39,530 nucleotides of DNA. Origin: an uncultured Clostridia bacterium. Its GTDB lineage: Bacteria > Bacillota > Clostridia > Christensenellales > JAWKQI01. Shown here piece by piece: positions 31,152 to 39,530 of this stretch. Made by a program: the position numbers and the translations under genes. How positions within the stretch are numbered: the stretch's first letter is position 1; each line of letters begins with the position of its first letter. The notes beneath the pieces were generated by a model. The model had not been told where the DNA came from. It did no database searches and saw only the letters and a program-made list of their open reading frames with translations. Location of the stretch: the NCBI GenBank assembly GCA_964453645.1, contig CAYVRJ010000003.1, positions 224,302-263,831 on the forward strand, written 5' to 3'.

Positions 31152-31733
31152 ATGGTAAGAGAAACGCAAAAAATGCGCAGTGAGGCATTGCGCCAAACAA
31201 TACTGGATACTGCGCTGCAAATCGGGCTTGAGGAAGGGTTTGAAGCGCTCTCCGTACGAAAAATCATAAACCGAATGCAATACTCCACCAGCATCATCTA
31301 TTATCATTTCAAGAATAAACAGGAAATTATAGATGCTTTGGTAGAGTCCGAATCGGCTTGGCTGGCCAAAAAAATCAATAAGGTATTAAGTTTAAACGAT
31401 CCACTGCCCCAAAAACTTGAAAAAGTATTTTGGCTGGTTACCCAGGTGGCCGTGAGCGATCCTGAAAAATATAACCTAATCGTGCTTAAGAAATACAGCG
31501 ACAAACGCGCAGCCAATCCACATTGGTTAAATGTTTTGTCCAAAGACTTGGAAGAAGCCATGCAGGCAGGTTACGTGCGCCAAATGGATGCCTATTCTGC
31601 TGCCTATTCCATTTGGAGCTCTTTTCTTGGATTCCAGTTGATGTTATCGCTGCAAGAAGGGCTGACAGAACAGCGTGTAAAAGAGCTGTTCTCGATTCAA
31701 ATAAATATACTTCTGAAGGGAATACTTGAATAA
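31152..31733 (+). CDS. TetR/AcrR-family transcriptional regulator
   Basis: HTH ALSVRKIINRMQYSTSIIYYHFKNKQEI. The ATG at 31152 has an AAAGGAA RBS. The track's 31122 ATG overlaps the -10 box. Confidence 0.8.
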   Translation: MVRETQKMRSEALRQTILDTALQIGLEEGFEALSVRKIINRMQYSTSIIYYHFKNKQEIIDALVESESAWLAKKINKVLSLNDPLPQKLEKVFWLVTQVAVSDPEKYNLIVLKKYSDKRAANPHWLNVLSKDLEEAMQAGYVRQMDAYSAAYSIWSSFLGFQLMLSLQEGLTEQRVKELFSIQINILLKGILE

Positions 31734-31962
31734 AAAATGAATAAACACAGCTGCAATACGAAAAAACGAATTTACAAGACAAAAATAGAAAACGTTGATA
31801 CATTAGAACACCGCAATGGTCTGGGCGGCATAGCAGGGAGCATTGTAGCATCCAGGGCAGAGCAAAACACATGGGATGTGGATGCAGTGCCCGGCGGCGC
31901 ATTTTCCAGCGAACAATAAAAAGCGCCGTCAGTAGAGCATTAAAACAAGGAGAATCCGTATC

Positions 31963-32487
31963 ATGATCACTATCATAACAGACGAGACAGTAAAAGAGAT
32001 TGGTCAGGCCATTGCACAGCAGTTGTCAGGAACAAAAGACATTTGCCTTTTTTCCATGGATGAGTATGACATAAAACCCTGCTATGCCTGCGATGGATGC
32101 GCAACCAAAACATATAAACAATGCGTGGTAAGGGACGATGCAGATAAAATACTGCCCAGTCTGGCGAACTCACAAACCATTGTTGTAATAACGCCTATCA
32201 CATTTGGCGGATATTCCTACAAAACAAAGCGGATCATAGATAAACTGCCACTGATCAGCGACCTGCACTACTATTACAAAAGGGGGGAGCTTGTAAAAAG
32301 TCTGAACCCCCAGGGGCTTCAATACTATGCGCTGGGCATAACGGATGACAATAATGAAAAAGAAAATGAAGTGTTCTCACAATTGGTACACGAGACATTG
32401 CAGCTCACAAGCTGGATCGGAAAAGCGATGATATTAACAAAAGATTCTGTTGATATCTCGGCTGTCGTAAAGGAGGTGCTGTCATGA
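31963..32487 (+). CDS. flavodoxin-like fold protein related to NADPH-dependent FMN reductase / iron-sulfur flavoprotein, with an atypical N-terminus
   Basis: 174 aa with a central DEYDIKPCYACDGCATK Cys cluster, as in the Isf/FMN-reductase family. RBS AAGGAGAA. Confidence 0.55.
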   Translation: MITIITDETVKEIGQAIAQQLSGTKDICLFSMDEYDIKPCYACDGCATKTYKQCVVRDDADKILPSLANSQTIVVITPITFGGYSYKTKRIIDKLPLISDLHYYYKRGELVKSLNPQGLQYYALGITDDNNEKENEVFSQLVHETLQLTSWIGKAMILTKDSVDISAVVKEVLS

Positions 32488-32627
32488 ATGTATTAACGAT
32501 CAACTTAAGCCCACGCAAAAAAGGAACAAGTGCTATGCTGCTCGGTTTATGTAGTGATTACCTGCGTAATTGCGAAAATCAAGTAGTGCATATCGATCTT
32601 TATAACCATATTTCCTTTGATTTGTAG
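32484..32627 (+). pseudogene. 5' fragment (47 codons) of an NADPH-dependent FMN reductase paralog, truncated at the junction with AT-rich DNA
   Basis: MNVLTINLSPRKKGTSAMLLGLCSDYLRNCENQVVHIDLYNH... is the canonical N-terminus of this family (GSPRK P-loop-like motif). It stops after 47 aa where homologs continue with the Cys motif. Confidence 0.5.
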
Positions 32628-32807
32628 CTTTTTATTAGACAATATGATTCTCGCTAATGAAAATGTCACGTAATCATATTGTACTTGTCCTAACATGTCT
32701 ATTTACTCAGTTTATCATGTAATAAGCATATATTTTTCAATAACTTTTTCTCATTCTAGCCAATTATGGTCACACTATTTTAGATGTGAAATTAATGTCA
32801 CATTTGT

Positions 32808-32836
32808 TTGAAAACATTGTCGGAACATGTTATAAT
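32808..32836 (+). promoter_or_regulatory. perfect-consensus sigma-70-like promoter (TTGAAA, 17 nt, TATAAT) in an AT-rich spacer
   Basis: -35 at 32808-32813 and -10 at 32831-32836. It lies about 290 nt upstream of the MCP start. Confidence 0.45.
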
Positions 32837-33125
32837 TAATCGGAAGACAATGCGTATTGCATTCCACTTTATCCTTAATATCAATTCTATTAGTACGCGT
32901 GACAGGAGAATTATATATGCATAGTTTAAATGGCAGAACACACATACGGCAATAATGCCTGAATCATACAAGACAAACGAATAATTAGAGGTGTAGCGAA
33001 ATGAATAGGCAATAAAACAGTCAACTATTACAACCATCTTGGACGCATGGAGAACCAGCTAAACACTAAAGTTGGGAAAGGCACCACTGAGACAGCAAAC
33101 AAGCAAATGAAAGATGAGGATTAAT

Positions 33126-35228
33126 ATGAAAAAAGAAAATCGAAAGACAAGCCTTGATAAGAAAATAGCAGTTCCGATAGCCATCGTGGTAACGATAGCC
33201 CTGGTCTTTATTGTTGCCGTGCAAATGGTTATATCGATTTTGGATTCTGTAAAGATTTCAAAGGAGTATACAGACGAATTAACCGACAATTATGCAAACC
33301 AAATCAGTGCTATCATGGTTTCCAAACTCAAATTAGCCGATGACCTTGCTAATACAATCTCAACATCCATCGAATCTAATATACTAACGCGTGTAGATGC
33401 CCTCAAGTTGGTGGAAGGTGCCCTACTAGATGATCCAAGTATTGTTGGCATTGGAATTGGGTTTGAACCAAATGCGTTTGACAATGCAGACAGTCAAAAC
33501 ATAGGTAGCAAACACAGTGATACGGCTGGACGCTTTGTGCCTTATGTCTATGAAAACAACGGGGTTATGGAAGTGACCACGCTGGAGGGATATGATGATC
33601 CCGGTCCCGATGGTTCTTGGTACTCAGTCCCAAAGCAATCCAAAAAGAATTATGTAACTGCCCCGTATTGGTACGAGGTTGGCAAAGATAAAATTTTAAT
33701 TACCACCTGCGTTTCTCCCATTATCAGCTCGTCCGGTCAGTTTTTGGGAATGGTTGGCATCGATGTACCCATAGAAGCCATTAGCCATGCTGCAAAAAAC
33801 AGAAAAATATTCGATACGGGCATCGTTTTATTGCTTGCACCCGATCAAACCTTTGCGTCCTCACCGGAAGGTGCTTTGGATGGTTTGTCTATTAAAGACG
33901 TTATGGATCCCGAAATGCTATCGATCACACAAAGCGTTTATGCCATTAAACAACCCACTTCGGTATCCACAATGCATGCTATTTGGAAGACGCGAGTGTT
34001 AAATACCTTGATGCCCATTACGGTCAGCGAAAACGAAAGCACATGGGTCATTGTATCTGTTATTCCCGAAAGCGAGATTTATTATGGAGTGGTTCTTGCT
34101 TCAATTATAGTCGTTGCCTTGCTAATACTGAGTATTTTTGCAGTAATTATTATAACCCAGCGAATCACAAGAAAACTTTTAAAACCTTTGCACTATCTAA
34201 ACGGCATTGTAGATCAAATTGTTACGACAGGCGACCTATACACCAGCATCGATTCTTCAATGATATCAGATGATGAGGTTGGACAAACACTGGAGTCCGT
34301 ATCTGATTTAATCAGTCTTATGCAGGAATGGAGAAGCGTTGTTGAACATGTTGCGGATGGCGATTTTACTACGGAAGTGCACGTTCGTTCAGAACAGGAC
34401 ATTCTAGCAATTTCACTCAGCAAACTTACAACGCAGGTATCGCATGCGTTGCAGGAAGTCAAAAATGCGGCCGAACAAATGACATTAAGCTCCAATCAGG
34501 TGGCTCAAGGTGCACAAAGTCTTGCCCAAGGTACTACCGAGCAGGCAGTTACAATCGAAAGTCTATCTTCATCGATTGCCCAGATGCAAATACAATTTGA
34601 AGAGACCGGGCGAGATGTTGTTAAAATCACGGGTGACACAGATGTCACTGAAACGGATATCAGCAAAGCTGCGGGACAATTGCAGGAACTGATGAACGAG
34701 ATTCTGGAAGCCAACGCAAAGTCAGCAGAGATAAGCAAAATTATTAAGACAATTGAAGATATTGCCTTCCAAACCAATATTCTTGCGCTCAATGCAGCGG
34801 TTGAGGCAGCGCGTGCTGGTGAGGCAGGTAAGGGTTTTGCCGTTGTGGCCGATGAGGTGAGAAATCTGGCCGGAAAATCAGCTGATGCTGCGCGTAGTAC
34901 TACAATGCTGATAGAAAGTACTGTTGGTATCATAGCGAATGTGACAAAAAGTGCTGAAATCACTGTTGATTCAATGGCTTCAATCAACAAAATGACGCAA
35001 GTGGTCGCTAAAGACATCCGTGTCATCGCTAAAACAGTTGAAGACGAGATAGCATCTATGCGGCGGATTGTTGAGGGTGTCGACCAAATATCTACTGTAG
35101 TACAGACCAACAGCGCAACCAGTCAGGAAAGTGCAGCTGCAAGTGAGGAACTTTCCAGCCAGGCAAATATGCTCAAAGGGCTGATATCAAAATTTAAGAT
35201 AAAGAGGAATGAAGATGAACGACTATAG
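33126..35228 (+). CDS. methyl-accepting chemotaxis protein (dCache-type sensor, HAMP, MCP signalling domain), a paralog of the 6258-8243 gene
   Basis: [30 protein letters not shown] signalling core. The ATG at 33126 is preceded by GAGGA. The 33114 ATG is too close to the SD. Confidence 0.9.
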   Translation: MKKENRKTSLDKKIAVPIAIVVTIALVFIVAVQMVISILDSVKISKEYTDELTDNYANQISAIMVSKLKLADDLANTISTSIESNILTRVDALKLVEGALLDDPSIVGIGIGFEPNAFDNADSQNIGSKHSDTAGRFVPYVYENNGVMEVTTLEGYDDPGPDGSWYSVPKQSKKNYVTAPYWYEVGKDKILITTCVSPIISSSGQFLGMVGIDVPIEAISHAAKNRKIFDTGIVLLLAPDQTFASSPEGALDGLSIKDVMDPEMLSITQSVYAIKQPTSVSTMHAIWKTRVLNTLMPITVSENESTWVIVSVIPESEIYYGVVLASIIVVALLILSIFAVIIITQRITRKLLKPLHYLNGIVDQIVTTGDLYTSIDSSMISDDEVGQTLESVSDLISLMQEWRSVVEHVADGDFTTEVHVRSEQDILAISLSKLTTQVSHALQEVKNAAEQMTLSSNQVAQGAQSLAQGTTEQAVTIESLSSSIAQMQIQFEETGRDVVKITGDTDVTETDISKAAGQLQELMNEILEANAKSAEISKIIKTIEDIAFQTNILALNAAVEAARAGEAGKGFAVVADEVRNLAGKSADAARSTTMLIESTVGIIANVTKSAEITVDSMASINKMTQVVAKDIRVIAKTVEDEIASMRRIVEGVDQISTVVQTNSATSQESAAASEELSSQANMLKGLISKFKIKRNEDERL

Positions 35229-35325
35229 AGAAGAAATGCAATTGCAGAAACTCTAAAAGCATCAAATGAGTAGGCAACCGCTATTGATGGGTACCGTGGG
35301 TTTAAGGGTTTAACGACAATTCGCT

Positions 35326-38049
35326 ATGGGGGTGGGTATATTGCCAAGAAAGCTTTATAATACTGTACTTGGAAAACATTTGGATTTCAAGACCCGTTTA
35401 TTTCACGCACTGTGTTTGATTGGGTTTGTATTAACCATCGTCATGTCGGTGATTTATATCCTGTTTGGTTTTTTACCCAGCTTTTATCTTCCGACAGTCA
35501 TAGCAAGCTTATTTCCGCTCACAGCGCTTATTTTGTCAACCAAGTCTAACCACAGCCGTATGGTGCGCTATGTCTTTTCACTGTTGATATTTTTGGGTAT
35601 GTTTCCCGTTCTGTTTTTCCTCAACGGGGGAATTATGAGCGGTACGCCCACATTTTTTATATTTGCAGTTGTTCTTACGGTTTTGCTGTTGGACGGAAAA
35701 CATCGGTTTATTGCGGCAGGTATCGAGATTATCTGGTACTGCTTTTTTGTGGCAATTGAACTACTCCGCCCTGAACTCGTTATACCGTTTGAATCCGATG
35801 TTGCGGCAATAACGGACATGACGATTTGCTTTGTCATTGTCAGTGTGATTCTTGCCGTTTCTGTCTCCATTCGATTTGATTCATATGAAAAAGAACGAAG
35901 AGAACTGGAAGAAGCAAAGTCTGAGGCGATTAGCGCCAACAAAGCAAAATCGGAATTTCTTGCAAAGATGAGCCACGAGATTCGCACACCTATGAACGCC
36001 ATCGTTGGTATGGCGGAACTATCGCTGCGCGAGAGTAACACGCCCGAGGCTAAACAATATGCTGCTGGGATCAAGCAGGCAAGTGCCAATTTGCTGGCGA
36101 TCATCAACGATATATTGGATTTTTCCAAAATTGAGTCGGGTAAACTTGAAATTACCGATCAAAAATATCAATTGGCATCGCTGATCAATGATGTGATCAG
36201 TATCATACGCATGCGTGTGGCCGACAAGTCACTATTGTTTGTTGTCAATATCGATCCCAAGCTTCCGGCAGAGCTGATTGGAGATGAGATTCGCATTCGG
36301 CAAATTTTGTTGAACCTGTTAGGAAATGCGGTGAAATACACCAAAGAGGGTTACATAAAGCTCATCGTCGGGGGATATTTAGAGGACGAACACACAGCAA
36401 AACTAAACATGGATATTATTGATACCGGTATTGGAATTAAAGAAGAGCACATCACGAATTTATTTGCCGAATTTGTACAATTTGATTTGCTTAAAAACCG
36501 TGGCATTGAAGGCACCGGATTAGGACTTGCCATTACAAAAAGCCTTTGCGTGGCTATGGGGGGAGGTATAGAGGCATCTAGCCTATATGGTGTGGGCAGT
36601 ATTTTCACTGTGACACTTCCACAAAAATACGATAAATATGAACCCCTGGCAGCAATAGAGAACAAGGAACAAAGGGTGCTCGTTTACGAACCGCGTGAGG
36701 TTTTTGCAAGCTCTATTGTCCGTTGCATCAATGATTTAGGTGTCTTCTGTAGACTTGTGAAAAACCAATCGGAGTTATATGAAGCGCTGCAAAGGGACAG
36801 CTACTCATTTTTGTTCTTTTCTTCCTTTTTGTATGAGAGTATCCGTGGAATTGTTAAGGAAATGAACCTTTCAGTAAAACTCGTGGCACTTTCTGAATAC
36901 GACCAAGTTTTAACATGCGAGGGCTGCATAAGCATGGCCATGCCCATTCACTCCATTTCGGCAGCGAATATATTAAACGATGTTTTAGACGATAGTCTGT
37001 GCTACGACGAAGAAAGTGGAATTTGCTTTATTGCCCCCAAAGCCCGGATTTTGATAGTGGATGACATTGTCACCAACTTAAAGGTTGCCGAGGGTTTACT
37101 AGCGCCTTTTGAGATGCAAATCGATATTTGCGAAAGCGGCTTAGAAGCTATTGAACTTGTGTCCAAAGCACCGTATGACATCGTGTTTATGGATCATATG
37201 ATGCCCAAAATGGACGGTATTGAAGCAACGCAAAACATTCGGGCACTTGACCTGCCCTACGCCCAGACGATGCCCATCGTTGCGCTGACCGCCAATGCAG
37301 TGTCCGGGGTTAAAGAAATGTTTTTAAAGAGTGGGTTTGACGACTTTTTATCCAAACCCATTGAAATGTCAAAGTTAGTCGAAGTTTTGGAACGCTATAT
37401 TCCCAAAGAAAAAAGAGAGCGAACAACAGAAATAGCTGCTGGCAAAGAGAAAAGTGAAATTCCTTTTGAACTTAGTGGGGTGGATATTGCGTGCGGAATA
37501 ACAACCGTAGGCGGAAGTACAGAGCAATATATTAGCATTTTGAGGGTGCTTTTAAAGGAGGGGGAAAGCAAGTTAAACAAGCTTGCGGACTGCCTGGAAC
37601 AAAACAACCTTAAACTGTATACAACGCATGTCCATGCCCTTAAAAGCGTTCTATTGAGTATCGGTGCCGAAAAGCTGTCAAACACGGCAAAATCGCTTGA
37701 ATGTGCAGGCATTGAGAACAATGCCGATTATATAAGGGAGACACATGGTACCTTTGCACAGGAATTAACTGCATTGCTGGCTGAGATAACGGCAGTTGTT
37801 GGTGATGAAAGCGTAGTAGCGCAGCGAAAAGAACTATCGTACGAAGAATGGAATGCCCAACTTTTGCTGCTTAAAACTGCATTGCAGGATTACAATGCAA
37901 CGAAAATTAGTTCTGCTTTGGATGTTCTTCGATCCGGCTGTGAGGACACTCTTCAAGAAACACTTTTAAAAATAGAGCAGCATGTAGCTGCATTTGAATA
38001 TGAAGAAGCTGAACAACTGATAGATGATCTGAACAATATGCCGCTTTGA
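35326..38049 (+). CDS. hybrid sensor histidine kinase (6-TM integral-membrane sensor with no large periplasmic loop, coiled coil, HisKA, HATPase_c, REC, HPt)
   Basis: 907 aa. H-box SHEIRTPMNAIVGM, G-box GTGLGLAI, REC ILIVDDIVTNL...DHMMPKMDG, and C-terminal HPt HALKSVLLSIGAEKL. Confidence 0.9.
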   Translation: MGVGILPRKLYNTVLGKHLDFKTRLFHALCLIGFVLTIVMSVIYILFGFLPSFYLPTVIASLFPLTALILSTKSNHSRMVRYVFSLLIFLGMFPVLFFLNGGIMSGTPTFFIFAVVLTVLLLDGKHRFIAAGIEIIWYCFFVAIELLRPELVIPFESDVAAITDMTICFVIVSVILAVSVSIRFDSYEKERRELEEAKSEAISANKAKSEFLAKMSHEIRTPMNAIVGMAELSLRESNTPEAKQYAAGIKQASANLLAIINDILDFSKIESGKLEITDQKYQLASLINDVISIIRMRVADKSLLFVVNIDPKLPAELIGDEIRIRQILLNLLGNAVKYTKEGYIKLIVGGYLEDEHTAKLNMDIIDTGIGIKEEHITNLFAEFVQFDLLKNRGIEGTGLGLAITKSLCVAMGGGIEASSLYGVGSIFTVTLPQKYDKYEPLAAIENKEQRVLVYEPREVFASSIVRCINDLGVFCRLVKNQSELYEALQRDSYSFLFFSSFLYESIRGIVKEMNLSVKLVALSEYDQVLTCEGCISMAMPIHSISAANILNDVLDDSLCYDEESGICFIAPKARILIVDDIVTNLKVAEGLLAPFEMQIDICESGLEAIELVSKAPYDIVFMDHMMPKMDGIEATQNIRALDLPYAQTMPIVALTANAVSGVKEMFLKSGFDDFLSKPIEMSKLVEVLERYIPKEKRERTTEIAAGKEKSEIPFELSGVDIACGITTVGGSTEQYISILRVLLKEGESKLNKLADCLEQNNLKLYTTHVHALKSVLLSIGAEKLSNTAKSLECAGIENNADYIRETHGTFAQELTALLAEITAVVGDESVVAQRKELSYEEWNAQLLLLKTALQDYNATKISSALDVLRSGCEDTLQETLLKIEQHVAAFEYEEAEQLIDDLNNMPL

Positions 38050-38059
38050 AGCGATAGGA

Positions 38060-39166
38060 GTGAACCCCATGAGCGAGAACAAACGAATTCAAATCATGGT
38101 CATTGATGATAGTGTGACGAATCTAAACATTGCCCGCACAGCACTTGAAAAGCACTACGACGTGCTACTGATCCCTTCAGGTGAAAAGGCACTCAAGCTG
38201 TTTGAGCGCGTGACCCCCGACCTCATATTACTGGATGTGGAGATGCCGGGTTTAAATGGGTTTGATGTGATAAAACAGATCAAATCATCCCCACTGCCTG
38301 TTCGAAACGTGCCGGTTATCTTTGTGACGGCAAAGGATGATAGCACGAGCGAACTAGACGGGCTGGATCTCGGTGCTGTGGATTACATAACCAAGCCGTT
38401 TTCTTTCCCACTGCTGTTAAAGCGGGTAGCACTGCATTTGCAGCTGCAGCAGTATAATCAAAACCTGGAAAAGATGGTGGAGGAAAAAACAAAGGTCATC
38501 ACCGAGCTGCAATATTCCATCGTTCATGTGCTGTCCGATATGGTGGAACGCCGTGACGGCTCCACCGGCGGGCATTTGATACGGACGCAAAACTATTTAA
38601 AGGTACTGCTCGACGAAGTCAGAGCGCAAAAGCTAAATGCCGAAGAAATGGAGGATGTGGATGACAATCTGTTTATGCACGCCTCACAGCTGCACGATGT
38701 GGGAAAAATGTCCATACCCGACAGCATCCTATTAAAACCAGGTAAACTAACGGCCGAAGAATTCGAGATTATGAAAACCCATACGACACTGGGAGAAGAC
38801 GCAATACGCTACGCCATGTCCGGTGTACAGGAAAAGAAATTTTTGGAGATTGCTGCATCTTTTGCCGGTTCTCATCACGAACGATGGGACGGAACGGGAT
38901 ATCCGCGTGCGCTTCACGGGCGGGATATTCCCATTGAGGGACGATTGATGGCGATTGTGGATGTTTACGATGCACTCATATCTGAAAGACCCTATAAAAA
39001 GCCGCTTTCCCACGAGGCTGCACGTGACATTATATTAAGTGAACGGGGAACGCATTTTGACCCACTTTTGGTGGATATCTTTGAACGCATGTCCGATGTC
39101 TTTGGAAAGATTGCGCGTTTAGGGGACAAACCATCGCAGGATACGCTTAAGGGAGGGAAAAAATGA
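38060..39166 (+). CDS. response regulator, REC plus HD-GYP (intact motifs)
   Basis: 368 aa with GGHLIRT, LHDVGK, KTHTTLG, HHERWDGTGYP and VDVYDAL. The gap to the upstream kinase gene is 10 bp. Confidence 0.85.
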   Translation: MNPMSENKRIQIMVIDDSVTNLNIARTALEKHYDVLLIPSGEKALKLFERVTPDLILLDVEMPGLNGFDVIKQIKSSPLPVRNVPVIFVTAKDDSTSELDGLDLGAVDYITKPFSFPLLLKRVALHLQLQQYNQNLEKMVEEKTKVITELQYSIVHVLSDMVERRDGSTGGHLIRTQNYLKVLLDEVRAQKLNAEEMEDVDDNLFMHASQLHDVGKMSIPDSILLKPGKLTAEEFEIMKTHTTLGEDAIRYAMSGVQEKKFLEIAASFAGSHHERWDGTGYPRALHGRDIPIEGRLMAIVDVYDALISERPYKKPLSHEAARDIILSERGTHFDPLLVDIFERMSDVFGKIARLGDKPSQDTLKGGKK

Positions 39167-39432
39167 ATTTACGTGAGAATGAACGCTCAGACGGTGACTG
39201 TTCGTGTTATACTCATTTTTTCCATACCTTTCAAAAAGGCACATAAAAAGTTATTGTAAGCTGTCCTAAAAACTTTTTAAATCATAGACCATTGCCCATT
39301 GAAGTTCACTTTTTGTTCTCATAAATTCATCTCCCTTCAAATACTCATTGCATCCCTGCATATCAGTTTCATATAATTGTCTGCTGGCCCTGCATACCCG
39401 ATGATAATGTCCCTGTAAACAGAAACAATCTA

Positions 39433-39528
39433 TCACACAAACTCAACTATCACGATCTCGTTTCCATCAAGATCGTTTAGGCGAACCTCGTAAGTTCCCC
39501 AATCATGTCTAATGGCTTCAGACAATGG
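39433..39528 (-). CDS. C-terminal fragment of a VOC/glyoxalase-family protein. Partial: the 5' end lies beyond the window.
   Basis: The minus-strand frame reads ...PLSEAIRHDWGTYEVRLNDLDGNEIVIVEFV*, which is typical of a VOC C-terminus (D.DGN.IE). Confidence 0.4.
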   Translation of the reverse strand, partial: PLSEAIRHDWGTYEVRLNDLDGNEIVIVEFV

Positions 39529-39530
39529 AA

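Noticed and set aside
31737-31919. 60-aa ORF between the TetR and flavodoxin-like genes
   Set aside because: No RBS, low-complexity A/K-rich N-terminus, and no recognisable family. It is probably non-coding intergenic sequence.
39167-39432. Terminator between the converging HD-GYP regulator and VOC genes
   Set aside because: Only an A/T-only inverted repeat (AAAAAGTT...AACTTTTT) with a 17-nt loop was found. That is too weak to call.

Overview
This 39.5 kb window looks like chromosomal DNA from a low-to-mid GC Firmicutes/Clostridia-type genome, probably a spore-former. Coding density is high, with roughly 35 protein-coding genes and one tRNA. Most genes have AGGAGG-like ribosome binding sites, and several intergenic regions carry near-consensus sigma-70-like promoters and stem-loop terminators.

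Gene content from left to right:
- 1 to 3423: a minus-strand nucleotide-sugar operon with a partial RfbH/E1-like PLP dehydrase, a UDP-glucose/GDP-mannose-family dehydrogenase and a UDP-glucuronate-decarboxylase-like epimerase/dehydratase.
- 3506 to 6136: a VOC/glyoxalase gene, then an nfeD-flotillin (yuaF/floT-like) operon.
- 6258 to 9951: a dCache methyl-accepting chemotaxis protein (MCP), an SDR reductase and a YesL/DUF624 membrane protein.
- 9985 to 15924: a tight three-gene operon on the minus strand. It encodes a REC-HD-GYP response regulator, a 1199-aa hybrid sensor kinase with an extracytoplasmic domain and PAS, and a second REC-HD-GYP regulator whose HD-GYP metal ligands are degenerate.
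- 16160 to 18085: small OmdA-domain and DUF1801 genes, then a PEBP/YbhB-TetR operon on the minus strand whose autoregulatory promoter carries two ACAGAG-N5-CTCTGT palindromes.
- 18317 to 19540: a BclA-like collagen-repeat gene with a GXT tandem array.
- 19649 to 23677: an overlapping three-gene operon encoding a thioredoxin-domain YyaL-like protein, a FAD oxidoreductase with a C-terminal Rieske domain, and a tocopherol-cyclase-like protein.
- 23680 to 29936: DUF523, mutS2, corA (with a leader mini-ORF), walJ/yycJ-like MBL hydrolase, a CPBP protease, rlmH and tRNA-Arg(CCG).
- 29937 to 39528: after the tRNA there are two terminators, a membrane protein, an autoregulated TetR gene, a flavodoxin-like gene and a 5' fragment of its paralog. 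An AT-rich non-coding stretch follows, and then a second signalling module: a dCache MCP, a 6TM hybrid kinase with HPt, and a REC-HD-GYP regulator. A partial VOC gene sits at the 3' edge.

I found no CRISPR array, no transposase or integrase, and no rRNA. The most interesting content is the pair of HD-GYP two-component modules, one of which carries a catalytically degenerate HD-GYP. The collagen-like repeat gene with its TetR neighbour and the thioredoxin/Rieske/tocopherol-cyclase-like operon are also worth a second look.
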